In this document: in pieces, positions 11,520 to 21,530 of the stretch
Layout of the letters: every line of letters begins with the position of its first letter
How positions within the stretch are numbered: position 1 is the first letter of the stretch
From: Erysipelotrichaceae bacterium
GTDB taxonomy: Bacteria > Bacillota_I > Bacilli_A > Erysipelotrichales > Erysipelotrichaceae
Direction of reading: 5' to 3'
NCBI GenBank assembly: GCA_045544415.1
Contig: JAZPYW010000108.1
Span: 141 to 64,140, forward strand
Length of the DNA: 64,000 nt
The notes under the pieces: model-generated
What the model was told of the DNA's origin: nothing
Databases searched by the model: none
The model's input: the letters and a program-made list of their open reading frames with translations, nothing else
Position numbers and translations under genes: made by a program

Positions 11520-12541
11520 TATTCCTCCACCTCAAAGCCGAGCGCTCTGAGTCTTTCCGGATAGGCATCCATATTCTCGCAGGTATGGAAATAGAGCTTA
11601 TGTCTGTATTCGATATCTCCTTCATACCAGGTGCCGTAGGTCTCGGACTGGCCGTGCTTCTCATAGCGCGGATACGGCGTAAAGCCCTTGGAGCCCCAGA
11701 GACCCTTCATATGTATCGTCTTCGGACCGATATGGAAGATCGCATCCTGATAGGCGCAGGTGCCGTCATCGACGTACGGCAGTTTCTTCCATACCGTTTC
11801 CATCTTCATGTCGTGGGTGAAGAGAGGTTCTTTCCCGTCGATATAGTAGAGACCGATGTTCGATCCGTCCGCATGGAGACAGATCAAATAGGTCTCCAGT
11901 CTTCCGTCTTCTCGGATCCCATGGCCATACGAGAGGATGTAGGAGAGATCGTCACCGATGTCTTTTCCTGCCTGAGGAAGATAGATGCGGTCATAGTTTC
12001 CCATACCGATGACCGGTCTTCCGTCGAGATATCCGCTCCAGATGCACGGCTGCATGAACTGGGAGAGCGTCGGGAAGATATCCGCATGATCGACGATCGC
12101 AAAAGGATACGGGATCCCCTTGAGATCCAGGAAATCTCCTTCTTTCCAGATGCAGCAGTTCTCATAGTGATCGATCGAGCACTTCTTCGTATGGGAAGCG
12201 ATGCGGTAGAGCACCGGATCTTCCGATACCGGATGATAGGCCTCTTCTATCGGTGTATCCTTCTGTGCCATCTCATCCATGTGCAGGGCCTCCTGCAGAC
12301 CGAAGATGCCGTCTCCCGGATAGAAGATCGAACCGAAACGGAACTTATCGGTATTCGCATGTCTCATGACCCATAGAGGTTTCTTCGCGGTATCTCCATA
12401 CGGAAAGATCATTCCGTAGGGGTCGACCATGGCGATACGGGCCTTTCCGTCGATCTCGTTGTCAAAGGCTGCCGGTACGCCGTCGATCATATCGTCCTTT
12501 CGGGAAGGACGGAATTCTAAATAAGTGCTTCGTTCCTTCAT
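11519..12541 (-). CDS. Uncharacterised paralog family member P4 of 8
   Basis: 340 aa. GIREDGRLE, LPYVDDGTC, KHGQSETYGTWYEGDIEYRH, ENMDAY. TAATG junction with P3. Confidence 0.9.
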   Translation of the reverse strand: MKERSTYLEFRPSRKDDMIDGVPAAFDNEIDGKARIAMVDPYGMIFPYGDTAKKPLWVMRHANTDKFRFGSIFYPGDGIFGLQEALHMDEMAQKDTPIEEAYHPVSEDPVLYRIASHTKKCSIDHYENCCIWKEGDFLDLKGIPYPFAIVDHADIFPTLSQFMQPCIWSGYLDGRPVIGMGNYDRIYLPQAGKDIGDDLSYILSYGHGIREDGRLETYLICLHADGSNIGLYYIDGKEPLFTHDMKMETVWKKLPYVDDGTCAYQDAIFHIGPKTIHMKGLWGSKGFTPYPRYEKHGQSETYGTWYEGDIEYRHKLYFHTCENMDAYPERLRALGFEVEE

Positions 12542-12543
12542 GA

Positions 12544-13575
12544 TCAGTCCTCTTTTACGGTATAGCCGAGTTCTTTCAGTTTATAGTCGTAGGCTTCCAT
12601 ATTCTCATTGAAGGAATTGGATAATACGTGCTTATAAGGGGTCTTGCCGACATACCAGGTGCCGAAGACCTGGGACTGTCCGTGTCTCTCGATGCGCGGA
12701 TGTTTCGTGAAACCCTTCGTTCCCCATTTTCCTTCCATATGGAATTCGATATCCGCAAAACGGTATACAGCGCTCTCATAACCGCAGGTACCGTCGTCGC
12801 AATATGGAAGGTGTCTCCATTCCGCTTCCATCTCCACATCATAGGAGATGACCGGTTCTTCTCCTTCGAGCCAGTAGACACCGACCGAGATGCCTTTATG
12901 GTCCTTGCAGGCGATACATAATTCTTTTCTTCCGTCTTCCCTTATCCCGGAACCCATCGAAGAGACGTAGCCCAGGTTCTCGCCGAAGGCATGGGTGATG
13001 GTCTGAGGCATATAGCAGCGGTCATACGATCCGATGCCGTGGACCTTCTTTCCTTCATAGACGCCTTCTAATAGACACGGCTGAGCGAACTGCACCAATG
13101 GCGGATACATCGTCCCGTGGTCTTCGATCGTGATCGGGAACGGTGTCGCCTTCAGTTCCAGTACGCTTCCTTCTTTGAATTCCGCATGATCGGTATAGAA
13201 ACGATACGCGGAGAACGGTTCCTTCGAAGAGATCCCGTAGGTCAGCGGATCATCGGAGAGTTTCTCATAAGCAGTCGTCTTCGTATCTTTCTGAGCGAGG
13301 TCATCGTGGTGATAGCCTCCCTTCTGAGGAGAGAAAGGATCATCACCCAGTTCAACGATGCCTCCGAAACGGTAGGAAGCCGGATTGGAATGCCGGAAAA
13401 ACATGACCGGTTTCTCATCTTCTCTTCCTTCGAAGTAAAGCGATCCCCACATATCGTTGAGGCAGAGTTTTGCGTGTCCGTCCGCATCGTTATCGAACGT
13501 CTTCGGAGCGGTCTCCAGATAATCCGGCAGATACTCCGTGACGATCTTCAGGTAATGATCCTTTTTCATGATCAT
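12544..13575 (-). CDS. Uncharacterised paralog family member P5 of 8
   Basis: 343 aa. GIREDGRKE, LPYCDDGTC, RHGQSQVFGTWYVGKTPYKH, ENMEAYDYKLKELGY. Confidence 0.9.
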   Translation of the reverse strand: MIMKKDHYLKIVTEYLPDYLETAPKTFDNDADGHAKLCLNDMWGSLYFEGREDEKPVMFFRHSNPASYRFGGIVELGDDPFSPQKGGYHHDDLAQKDTKTTAYEKLSDDPLTYGISSKEPFSAYRFYTDHAEFKEGSVLELKATPFPITIEDHGTMYPPLVQFAQPCLLEGVYEGKKVHGIGSYDRCYMPQTITHAFGENLGYVSSMGSGIREDGRKELCIACKDHKGISVGVYWLEGEEPVISYDVEMEAEWRHLPYCDDGTCGYESAVYRFADIEFHMEGKWGTKGFTKHPRIERHGQSQVFGTWYVGKTPYKHVLSNSFNENMEAYDYKLKELGYTVKED

Positions 13576-14636
13576 TCTTCTACATCAAATCCTAATTCTT
13601 TCAGTTTATAGTCGTAGGCTTCCATATTCTCGCCGAACGTCATATACAGTCTGTGCTTGTACGGAGTCTTTCCTTCATACCAGGTACCGAAGATCTGCGA
13701 CTGGCCGTGCTTTTCAACTCTCGGCCTGATCGTGAATCCCTTCGTTCCCCATTTTCCTTCGAAGTGGAATTCCTTTCCTCCGAAACGGAAGATCGCATCC
13801 TTATAGACACAGGTACCGTCATCGACATACGGCAGCTTCTTCCATTCTGTCTCCATCGATACCTTATCGGTAAAGATCGGAGTCTCTCCGTCGATATAGT
13901 AGTAGCAGAAGTTCTTGCCGTGGAACGGGTCGATCGATATGAGCGCCTGTTCCCTTCTTCCATCTTCTTCCCTTATGCCCATCATATTCATATAGAAGTA
14001 GCCGAAGGCATTGGTGATGCCGTCGAAGCCGTGGACTTCGGAAGGGATGAAGAGACGGTCGTGTTCGCCAAGACCCAGACAAGGCCTGTTTTCATAGGTA
14101 CCCATGATGGATCCTGCCTGGATGATCGTCGAGACGTTGTTGTACATGGATTCATGTTCGACGATGGCTCTCGGCCAGGTCTCGTAGTTGAGTTCCATGA
14201 AGGAACCTTCCTTTACCGTAAATCTCTTCTCGCTGAAGATGTATTCTGCATGAGGGTCGATGCCTTCATAGCCGAAATGTTTCTCATCGATCTGATGGTA
14301 TTCCGTGATCGAAGAACCTCCCTGACCGATCTCCTCTACGTGATAAACACCTTTCTGGACATCCAGCCAGTCATCTCCCAGTTCCAGGAGATTGCCGAAA
14401 CGGAACTGTTTCTTCAGCATATCCGTATGCCGTATATACAGCATCGGTTTCTGATTCACATCTCCGTTCGGGAAGATCATGCCGATAAAATCGCATAAGG
14501 ACAGAACGGCTTTCCCGTCATAGGCCGTATTGAATACTTCCGGTGCCGGTACGACCAGATCTTCGGTCTTCAGTTCTTTCGTATCCGCGAAGAGGACCGG
14601 TCCTTCTTTATGTTCGAATAATATCTCTTTTTTCAT
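13572..14636 (-). CDS. Uncharacterised paralog family member P6 of 8
   Basis: 354 aa. GIREEDGRRE, LPYVDDGTC, KHGQSQIFGTWYEGKTPYKH, ENMEAYDYKLKELGF. ATGA overlaps on both sides. Confidence 0.9.
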   Translation of the reverse strand: MKKEILFEHKEGPVLFADTKELKTEDLVVPAPEVFNTAYDGKAVLSLCDFIGMIFPNGDVNQKPMLYIRHTDMLKKQFRFGNLLELGDDWLDVQKGVYHVEEIGQGGSSITEYHQIDEKHFGYEGIDPHAEYIFSEKRFTVKEGSFMELNYETWPRAIVEHESMYNNVSTIIQAGSIMGTYENRPCLGLGEHDRLFIPSEVHGFDGITNAFGYFYMNMMGIREEDGRREQALISIDPFHGKNFCYYYIDGETPIFTDKVSMETEWKKLPYVDDGTCVYKDAIFRFGGKEFHFEGKWGTKGFTIRPRVEKHGQSQIFGTWYEGKTPYKHRLYMTFGENMEAYDYKLKELGFDVEE

Positions 14637-15685
14637 TCGGCATCCTTTACATCAAAGCCCATGGCTTTTAATTTATCTTCATAAGCTTCCATGTTCTCCG
14701 AGAAGGTCATGGAAAGAGTGTGTTTGTACGGAGTCTTTCCTTCATACCAGGTACCCAGGATCTGGGACTGGCCGTGCTTTTCGATACGCGGTACAGGGGT
14801 GACACCTTTGGTGCCCCATTTTCCTTCGAAATGTATCTCTTTTCCCGCAAAGCGGAAGATCGCATCCTTGAAGACGCAGGTTCCGTCGTCGACATACGGC
14901 AGACGGTACCAGTCGGCTTCCATCGATACTTCCTGAGTCGTGATCAGCGGTTCTCCTTCGAGCTTGTAGTAGGCTCCGGCCGTACCGGTCTGATCCATCG
15001 CGATGAAGGCCATCTCCAGTCTTCCGTCTTCCCGTACACCCATGACGGTGAGGGAGATATAGCCGAGGGAAGAGAGGATGTTCTCATGTTTGTGGGAAAG
15101 CTGATAGTTCATCGCATAGTGGCCTAAGCCGACGACACTCTTTCCCCGGTAGGTTCCCGTGAACTTTGCCGGGAAGAAGATCTCCGGCAGATTGCCGAAG
15201 GCGCACTGATGATCGATGATCGCATCGGAGATATAATCCGCTCTGAGTTTCAGGACATCTCTTCCTTCTTCGAAGGTCGCATGGTCCTTGTAGAAACGGT
15301 ACTTCGAATACGGTTCTTCCGTTCCGAAACCGTAGACGAATTCGCCGTTCTCATCTTCTCTCTTGCGGTAGGTATCGGTGATCTCCCCTCTCTGGTGGAA
15401 ATCTTCCGTATCGCCGCTCTTCTGGACGTCAAACGGTCCGTCACCCAGTTCGATGACACCGCCGAAACGGTACATATCGATCAGCGCATGACGCATGAAA
15501 TAGCGCGGTTTTTCTTCTCCTTCAATATAGAGACAGCCGAACGGATCGCATAAGGCGATCTTGGCATCATCGTCTCTTTCGTTATGGAATACAGACGGGT
15601 GCAGGGTGAAGAGATCTTCGGTGATCTCCTTTTCCTCAAAGTAGCCGTCATTCAGTTCATTCTTGAAAAATACTTCTTTTGCCAT
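14633..15685 (-). CDS. Uncharacterised paralog family member P7 of 8
   Basis: ORF track starts at 15703. I prefer the ATG at 15685 (MAKEVFF...) because GGAGAGGAG lies 8-9 nt upstream and it sits 1 nt after the GH1 stop. GVREDGRLE, LPYVDDGTC, KHGQSQILGTWYEGKTPYKH. Confidence 0.85.
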   Translation of the reverse strand: MAKEVFFKNELNDGYFEEKEITEDLFTLHPSVFHNERDDDAKIALCDPFGCLYIEGEEKPRYFMRHALIDMYRFGGVIELGDGPFDVQKSGDTEDFHQRGEITDTYRKREDENGEFVYGFGTEEPYSKYRFYKDHATFEEGRDVLKLRADYISDAIIDHQCAFGNLPEIFFPAKFTGTYRGKSVVGLGHYAMNYQLSHKHENILSSLGYISLTVMGVREDGRLEMAFIAMDQTGTAGAYYKLEGEPLITTQEVSMEADWYRLPYVDDGTCVFKDAIFRFAGKEIHFEGKWGTKGVTPVPRIEKHGQSQILGTWYEGKTPYKHTLSMTFSENMEAYEDKLKAMGFDVKDAE

Positions 15686-15686
15686 A

Positions 15687-17150
<1,464 letters not shown>

Positions 17151-17159
17151 TTATGAGAA

Positions 17160-17198
17160 AGAAAAAAGGGATGACCTGTACAGGTCACAAGCCATCCC
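17160..17198 (-). terminator. Intra-operon rho-independent terminator/attenuator between EIIBC and GH1
   Basis: Minus-strand RNA GGGAUGGCUUGUGACCUGUACAGGUCAUCCCUUUUUUC. GACCU/AGGUC and GGGAU/AUCCC pair around a bulge, followed by six U. Confidence 0.6.
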
Positions 17199-17210
17199 TT
17201 GTATTACAGC
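17179..17210 (-). promoter_or_regulatory. RAT-like sequence overlapping the 5' arm of the intra-operon terminator
   Basis: RNA GCUGUAAUACAAGGGAUGGCUUGUGACCUGUA shares GGCUUGU and the xUGUxAxx...CCU layout with the better RAT at 19543-19576. The match is only partial. Confidence 0.35.
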
Positions 17211-17212
17211 GA

Positions 17213-18616
17213 TTAGAAATCTTTGACGTCCTTGAAACCGAAGAGGTAAGTCAGAACCGCAGCTACGACGACTGCGATGCCCAGACCGATCAGACCGGTG
17301 ATGAAGTTGGAAGTAGGACCGCCGGCAAAAGCCATGACAGCCATCAGGTTACTGGAAGCGACGATCGTGTATTCACCGGTATGAGTGAGACCCAGGAACA
17401 GGGAACCTGCAGCAGCACCGATACAGGACATGATGATCGGCTTCTTGTAGCGGATACCGACACCGAAGAGAGCCGGTTCCGTGATACCGCCAATGGCGTG
17501 AGTGACTAAGTAGGAAGCAACTAAGGCTCTGTTTTCCGGATCCTTAGCCTTTAATAAAGCACCGATCTCCATACCGAGAAGACCAAAGACGGAAGTCATC
17601 ATACCCGGAAGGATGAGGAAATCGACACCGCCGTTTTCCGCCATGATGCCTAAGGCGATCATGAACAGCGGGATGTGCATACCGAACATGATGGCAAAGA
17701 TAAAGATACCGCCGATGATCGTACCCATCAGGATAGCCGGGATACGGCCGAGGGAACCGATCTTGACAAAGACACCCGCTAAGACATTACCGATGAGCGT
17801 ACCTAACGGACCGACGACACAGAGGACGATCGGGATCATGATCAGGATCGTCAAGAGCGGAACGAAGACCATTCTCAACGCATTCGGGATGTGCTTGTGG
17901 ATGAACTTCTCAACATAGGACATGATCCAGACGGACAGTAATGCCGGGATCGTGGAAGAAGCGTAGGAAACGGCGGTCATCGGGATACCGTATACTTTGA
18001 ACGGAACACCGGAATTGACGATCTCGATGAGCGTCGGATGCAGCATCATCGCACCGATGAAGACACCGAGTACCGGAGAACAGTTGAACTTCTTGGCAGC
18101 GGTCATACCCATGAATACCGGCAGGAAGTAGAATCCGACGTTACCGACGAATGTGAAGAGTCTGTAGAGGTCGGATTCCGCAGATAAGACATTCAGCATC
18201 GTCGGACCGAAGAGGGTCGGGATCAAGCTGATGAAGGAAGAAGCGACGATAGCCGGAATGATCGGAATGAAGCTGTCGGCGATCGCTGTGACGATGTTGT
18301 TGAGGACTTTACGGAAGGTGAGTGCCCCCTTCGTGTCGAGAACTTCATCGACAGCAGCCTGCTTGGCGATGTGGTAGGTATCGCAGAGTTCATCATAGAC
18401 TTCTGCAACTCCCGGACCGATGATCAGCTGGAGCTGAGAACCGGCAACACTCTTTCCGAGGACGCCTTTGACTTTGTCTAATGCGTCATTCTTGACGAGA
18501 CCCCAGTCTTTTAATTCAAAACGAAGTCTGGTAGCACAGTGGTAGCAGGAAGAAATGTTTTCTGCCCCGCCCAGGCATTCGACGATACCGTCGATCAATG
18601 CTTTGTAGTTTGCCAT
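17213..18616 (-). CDS. PTS EIIBC component, glucose/beta-glucoside family
   Basis: 467 aa. N-terminal EIIB with CYHCATRLRF (phospho-Cys motif), then a polytopic EIIC. No IIA domain (EIIA is encoded separately at 6385-6891). Confidence 0.9.
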   Translation of the reverse strand: MANYKALIDGIVECLGGAENISSCYHCATRLRFELKDWGLVKNDALDKVKGVLGKSVAGSQLQLIIGPGVAEVYDELCDTYHIAKQAAVDEVLDTKGALTFRKVLNNIVTAIADSFIPIIPAIVASSFISLIPTLFGPTMLNVLSAESDLYRLFTFVGNVGFYFLPVFMGMTAAKKFNCSPVLGVFIGAMMLHPTLIEIVNSGVPFKVYGIPMTAVSYASSTIPALLSVWIMSYVEKFIHKHIPNALRMVFVPLLTILIMIPIVLCVVGPLGTLIGNVLAGVFVKIGSLGRIPAILMGTIIGGIFIFAIMFGMHIPLFMIALGIMAENGGVDFLILPGMMTSVFGLLGMEIGALLKAKDPENRALVASYLVTHAIGGITEPALFGVGIRYKKPIIMSCIGAAAGSLFLGLTHTGEYTIVASSNLMAVMAFAGGPTSNFITGLIGLGIAVVVAAVLTYLFGFKDVKDF

Positions 18617-18662
18617 AATTTTCCCCTTTCAATGTATAAGTTACAGGTATCCCTGTAATGGC

Positions 18663-19475
18663 CTATTCGCTTTCTCTCTGGCAGAGTCTCGTTACATGCA
18701 GTGTCAGAAAGAGTACTTCATCCCCGGTCAGGTCTCCATATCCCTGTTCCTCGAGGTATCCCCGGATATGAAGAGCACAGTCATACGCTGCCGGATTTGC
18801 CGCCTTCATCGTATTCAGCAGATCCGGGTAATTCTCTTCTTTATTGAACTGCGTCTTCTTTAACAGATAATGCATATGCGAGGCGAAGCGGGAGTAATTG
18901 ATGCTCTCCCGGCTGATCTCGATGCCCATATCATCAGAGATCATCTCGGTGATCTCTTCGATGGTCCTGAGTTCCCTCTCCTGTCTGTTGGAAGCTTCCG
19001 TCTCGGAATTGACGATGTTGAGGGCGATATAGCAGGCTTCATCGTTCGGCATCTGCACACCCAGTTTCTTCCGGATCAGTTCCAGACCGTATTTCCCGAT
19101 CTCCATCTCTTCCGGGAACTTGAAGCGGATATCATCCTTGATCGGCAATGTGAACTGTATGCCTTTCTGCTGTCTCTCGATCGCAAAGGAGATATGATCG
19201 ATCAATGAGAACATCAGGTTGCTGCCGGTGAAGAGTCCGGCTTCCATAGCTTTATCCCGGATGGCCATCGCTACATCGACGACCTTTTCATCCGCATTCT
19301 CCATCAGGTCCAGATAGCGTTTATCGACATGATAAAAAGTCCTCTCGATATCCTTGATGTCGATATCGTACGGAGGTTTTTTGAAGCCGATGCCCTTGGC
19401 GAAAGCAACTACCTCATTTCCGGCAGAATCTTCACAGATCGCTACGTTGTTATTGATGTTTTTGATGACTTTCAT
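18663..19475 (-). CDS. licT: BglG/LicT-family transcription antiterminator (CAT domain plus two PRDs)
   Basis: 270 aa. MKVIKNINNNVAICEDSAGNEVVAFAKGIGFKK is a CAT RNA-binding domain. The PRD histidine regions follow. Confidence 0.9.
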   Translation of the reverse strand: MKVIKNINNNVAICEDSAGNEVVAFAKGIGFKKPPYDIDIKDIERTFYHVDKRYLDLMENADEKVVDVAMAIRDKAMEAGLFTGSNLMFSLIDHISFAIERQQKGIQFTLPIKDDIRFKFPEEMEIGKYGLELIRKKLGVQMPNDEACYIALNIVNSETEASNRQERELRTIEEITEMISDDMGIEISRESINYSRFASHMHYLLKKTQFNKEENYPDLLNTMKAANPAAYDCALHIRGYLEEQGYGDLTGDEVLFLTLHVTRLCQRESE

Positions 19476-19542
19476 CCAATCCCCTCAGATAAGAAAAACT
19501 CCCCAAAAGAACTCGCAGTAAACACATCTTCCAATAAATGCG

Positions 19543-19576
19543 TTTAGGACAAGCCTCCCGAGGAGTAACAACCCTA
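19543..19576 (-). promoter_or_regulatory. Ribonucleic antiterminator (RAT) element in the licT leader
   Basis: Minus-strand RNA GGGUUGUUACUCCUCGGGAGGCUUGUCCUAAA versus the remembered Bacillus RAT consensus GGAUUGUUACUGC...GCAGGCAAAACCUAAA. GGGGAGUUUUU (19493-19504) downstream may form a terminator with ACUCCUC. Confidence 0.6.
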
Positions 19577-19587
19577 ATACCATTTAC

Positions 19588-19616
19588 ATGATATTGAAAA
19601 ATTTGAGAAATGTCAA
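19588..19616 (-). promoter_or_regulatory. Sigma-A-type promoter of the licT-PTS-GH1-paralog operon
   Basis: Minus strand TTGACA (19616-19611), 17-nt spacer, TATCAT (19593-19588). The RAT begins about 7-12 nt downstream. Confidence 0.6.
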
Positions 19617-19660
19617 ACGCTTTCATTATTATATAAATGATGAGATCTAAGGAGAAAAAG

Positions 19661-20479
19661 ATGAAACTGGAAAAAGGAAAGACAGCTGTCGTTACCGGTG
19701 CTGCCAAAGGTATCGGCAAAGGAATAGCGCTCTGCCTGACAAAAAGAGGCGTCAAAGTCTATCTGCTGGATATCGATGATGAAGAGAATAAGAAGACGGA
19801 AGAAGAGTTGAGACAGTATGCGGAAGCGTATGCACTGCACTGCGATGTCGGAGATCCGGAAGAGATCTATAAAGTGTTCGATGAGATCCTGAAAGAAGAT
19901 CCTGTCGATATCCTCGTCAACAATGCCGGGATCTTCATCGCCAATTCCTATCTGAAAGGAACGTACGAGGAAGCTCTTGAGGTATTTGATAAACAGATGG
20001 CCGTCAATGCCAGAGGCACCTATCTCTGTACGAAGAAAGCTGCTATGCAGATGGCGGAGAGAAAAAGCGGAGCCATCCTCAATATCGTCACCAATCATCT
20101 GAAGCGGGAACTCTACCGTCCGAGCCGTTCCGAACAGGCCTACGATGCCTCCAAATGGGCGCAGTATGAACTCAATGAATCGATGGACCGGGAACTCAGG
20201 GAATACGGGATACGGGTCAATGCCTTGTGTCCGGCCTCTACGAGGACCCCGATGCTGGAAGGATTCTTTACCGACTACGGCCTTCCTTTGAATCAGGAGA
20301 ATGTCTTTAAAGTCACTCATTTCGATTCTCTATTGGAGATCGAGGATGTCGGTGAAGCTGCCTGCAATGTCCTGGAATGGGAAGATCCGGAACCGACCGG
20401 AAAAGCTTATCTGCTGATATACAAAGAAGACTGCATGAGACTGAAAGACGGCCACGTGCAGGAACTGGCTATACGTTAA
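19661..20479 (+). CDS. Short-chain dehydrogenase/reductase (SDR)
   Basis: ORF track starts at 19637. The ATG at 19661 is preceded by AAGGAG. TGAAKGIGKGIA (cofactor motif), NNAG, YDASKWA (YxxxK). Confidence 0.85.
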   Translation: MKLEKGKTAVVTGAAKGIGKGIALCLTKRGVKVYLLDIDDEENKKTEEELRQYAEAYALHCDVGDPEEIYKVFDEILKEDPVDILVNNAGIFIANSYLKGTYEEALEVFDKQMAVNARGTYLCTKKAAMQMAERKSGAILNIVTNHLKRELYRPSRSEQAYDASKWAQYELNESMDRELREYGIRVNALCPASTRTPMLEGFFTDYGLPLNQENVFKVTHFDSLLEIEDVGEAACNVLEWEDPEPTGKAYLLIYKEDCMRLKDGHVQELAIR

Positions 20480-20504
20480 AAGGATATCCCCGGGGATATC
20501 CTTT
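20479..20504. terminator. Bidirectional terminator between the convergent SDR and P8 genes
   Basis: Perfect 26-nt palindrome AAAGGATATCCCC|GGGGATATCCTTT flanked by T-rich sequence. Confidence 0.7.
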
Positions 20505-20508
20505 CTTC

Positions 20509-21519
20509 TTAATCGATGATCTTGTAGCCTAATTTGGCGAATTTATAATCGAAGGCTTCCATGTTCTCATGGAAACAGGTGAACATCTTATGTTTATACG
20601 GAGTGTCTCCTTCATACCAGGTACCGAAGATCTGGGACTGTCCGTGTTTCTCATAGCGTGGACGAGGTGTGATGCCTTTGGTCCCCCATTTTCCTTCGAA
20701 GTGGATGACCTTGTTTCCGATATGGAATACCGCATCCTTGTACATCAGCGTACCGTCATTCACATACGGCTGATGGAACCATTCCGTCTCCATCTTCACA
20801 TCTTCGGATACGACCGGTTCTTCTCCTTCCAGATAGTAGAGACCCATGGACTCTCCCTTTTCATTGATGAAGACGACGAAGGATTCCTTTCTTCCATCTT
20901 CTCTTATTCCGTGATCGAGGACGAGGATGTAAGCCATCGTCGAACCGATGTCCTTCTGTTCCTCTGCCGGCATATAGACTTTATCGAAGCTTCCCAGGAA
21001 TTCGACCGGTTTTCCTTCATAGGTGCCCCGGACGATAGCCGGCTGTATGGCTTCGCAGAAGTTGGCTGTCTTTCCCATCCTCTGTATCACACAGTACGGG
21101 AACGGTTCGGCCGTCACATCGAAGAAGTCTCCTTCTTTCCAGGTGCCGTAGAGTTTCTTGTCGATATCATAGTAGCGGTATTCGGAGAACGGCTCTTTAC
21201 TACCATATCCGTAGATCCACGGATCGCTTGAGAGCTGACGGAATACTTCCGTACCGCCTTTCTGCATCATATCATCCCCGTGCAGATAGGTCTGTACACC
21301 TGTCGGGTCCTCATTCAGTCTCAGGAAACCGCCGAAACGGTAGCCGTTCATATTGCCATGACGGACAAAGAGGATCGGCGCTTTTTCTTCATCGAAGATG
21401 AGCCCGTAAGCATCGACTAAAGCGAGTTTCCCATAGCGGTCAAATTCATTCTGAAACGATTCCGGTCTTTCCCGAAAGAAATCCTCCTGATGTCTGCTGA
21501 TCTTCATGATCGGTTCCAT
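20509..21519 (-). CDS. Uncharacterised paralog family member P8 of 8 (satellite copy)
   Basis: 336 aa. GIREDGRKE, QPYVNDGT, KHGQSQIFGTWYEGDTPYKH, ENMEAF. Last gene of a HAD-HAD-P8 unit. Confidence 0.9.
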   Translation of the reverse strand: MEPIMKISRHQEDFFRERPESFQNEFDRYGKLALVDAYGLIFDEEKAPILFVRHGNMNGYRFGGFLRLNEDPTGVQTYLHGDDMMQKGGTEVFRQLSSDPWIYGYGSKEPFSEYRYYDIDKKLYGTWKEGDFFDVTAEPFPYCVIQRMGKTANFCEAIQPAIVRGTYEGKPVEFLGSFDKVYMPAEEQKDIGSTMAYILVLDHGIREDGRKESFVVFINEKGESMGLYYLEGEEPVVSEDVKMETEWFHQPYVNDGTLMYKDAVFHIGNKVIHFEGKWGTKGITPRPRYEKHGQSQIFGTWYEGDTPYKHKMFTCFHENMEAFDYKFAKLGYKIID

Positions 21520-21530
21520 AGTGTTCTCCT

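Noticed and set aside
18617-18662. Perfect 7-bp hairpin TTACAGG-gata-CCTGTAA between licT and EIIBC, considered as a terminator/RAT pair
   Set aside because: No U-tract follows it (CUUAUACAUUG). The stem is perfect rather than RAT-like with internal loops. The spacer is only 46 nt and includes the ribosome-binding site. It may be a processing or stability hairpin, but I cannot support a terminator call.
19613-20320. 235-aa minus-strand ORF overlapping the SDR gene
   Set aside because: The plus-strand SDR has TGxxxGIG, NNAG and YxxxK motifs and an AAGGAG site. The antisense ORF has none and would run through the licT promoter.
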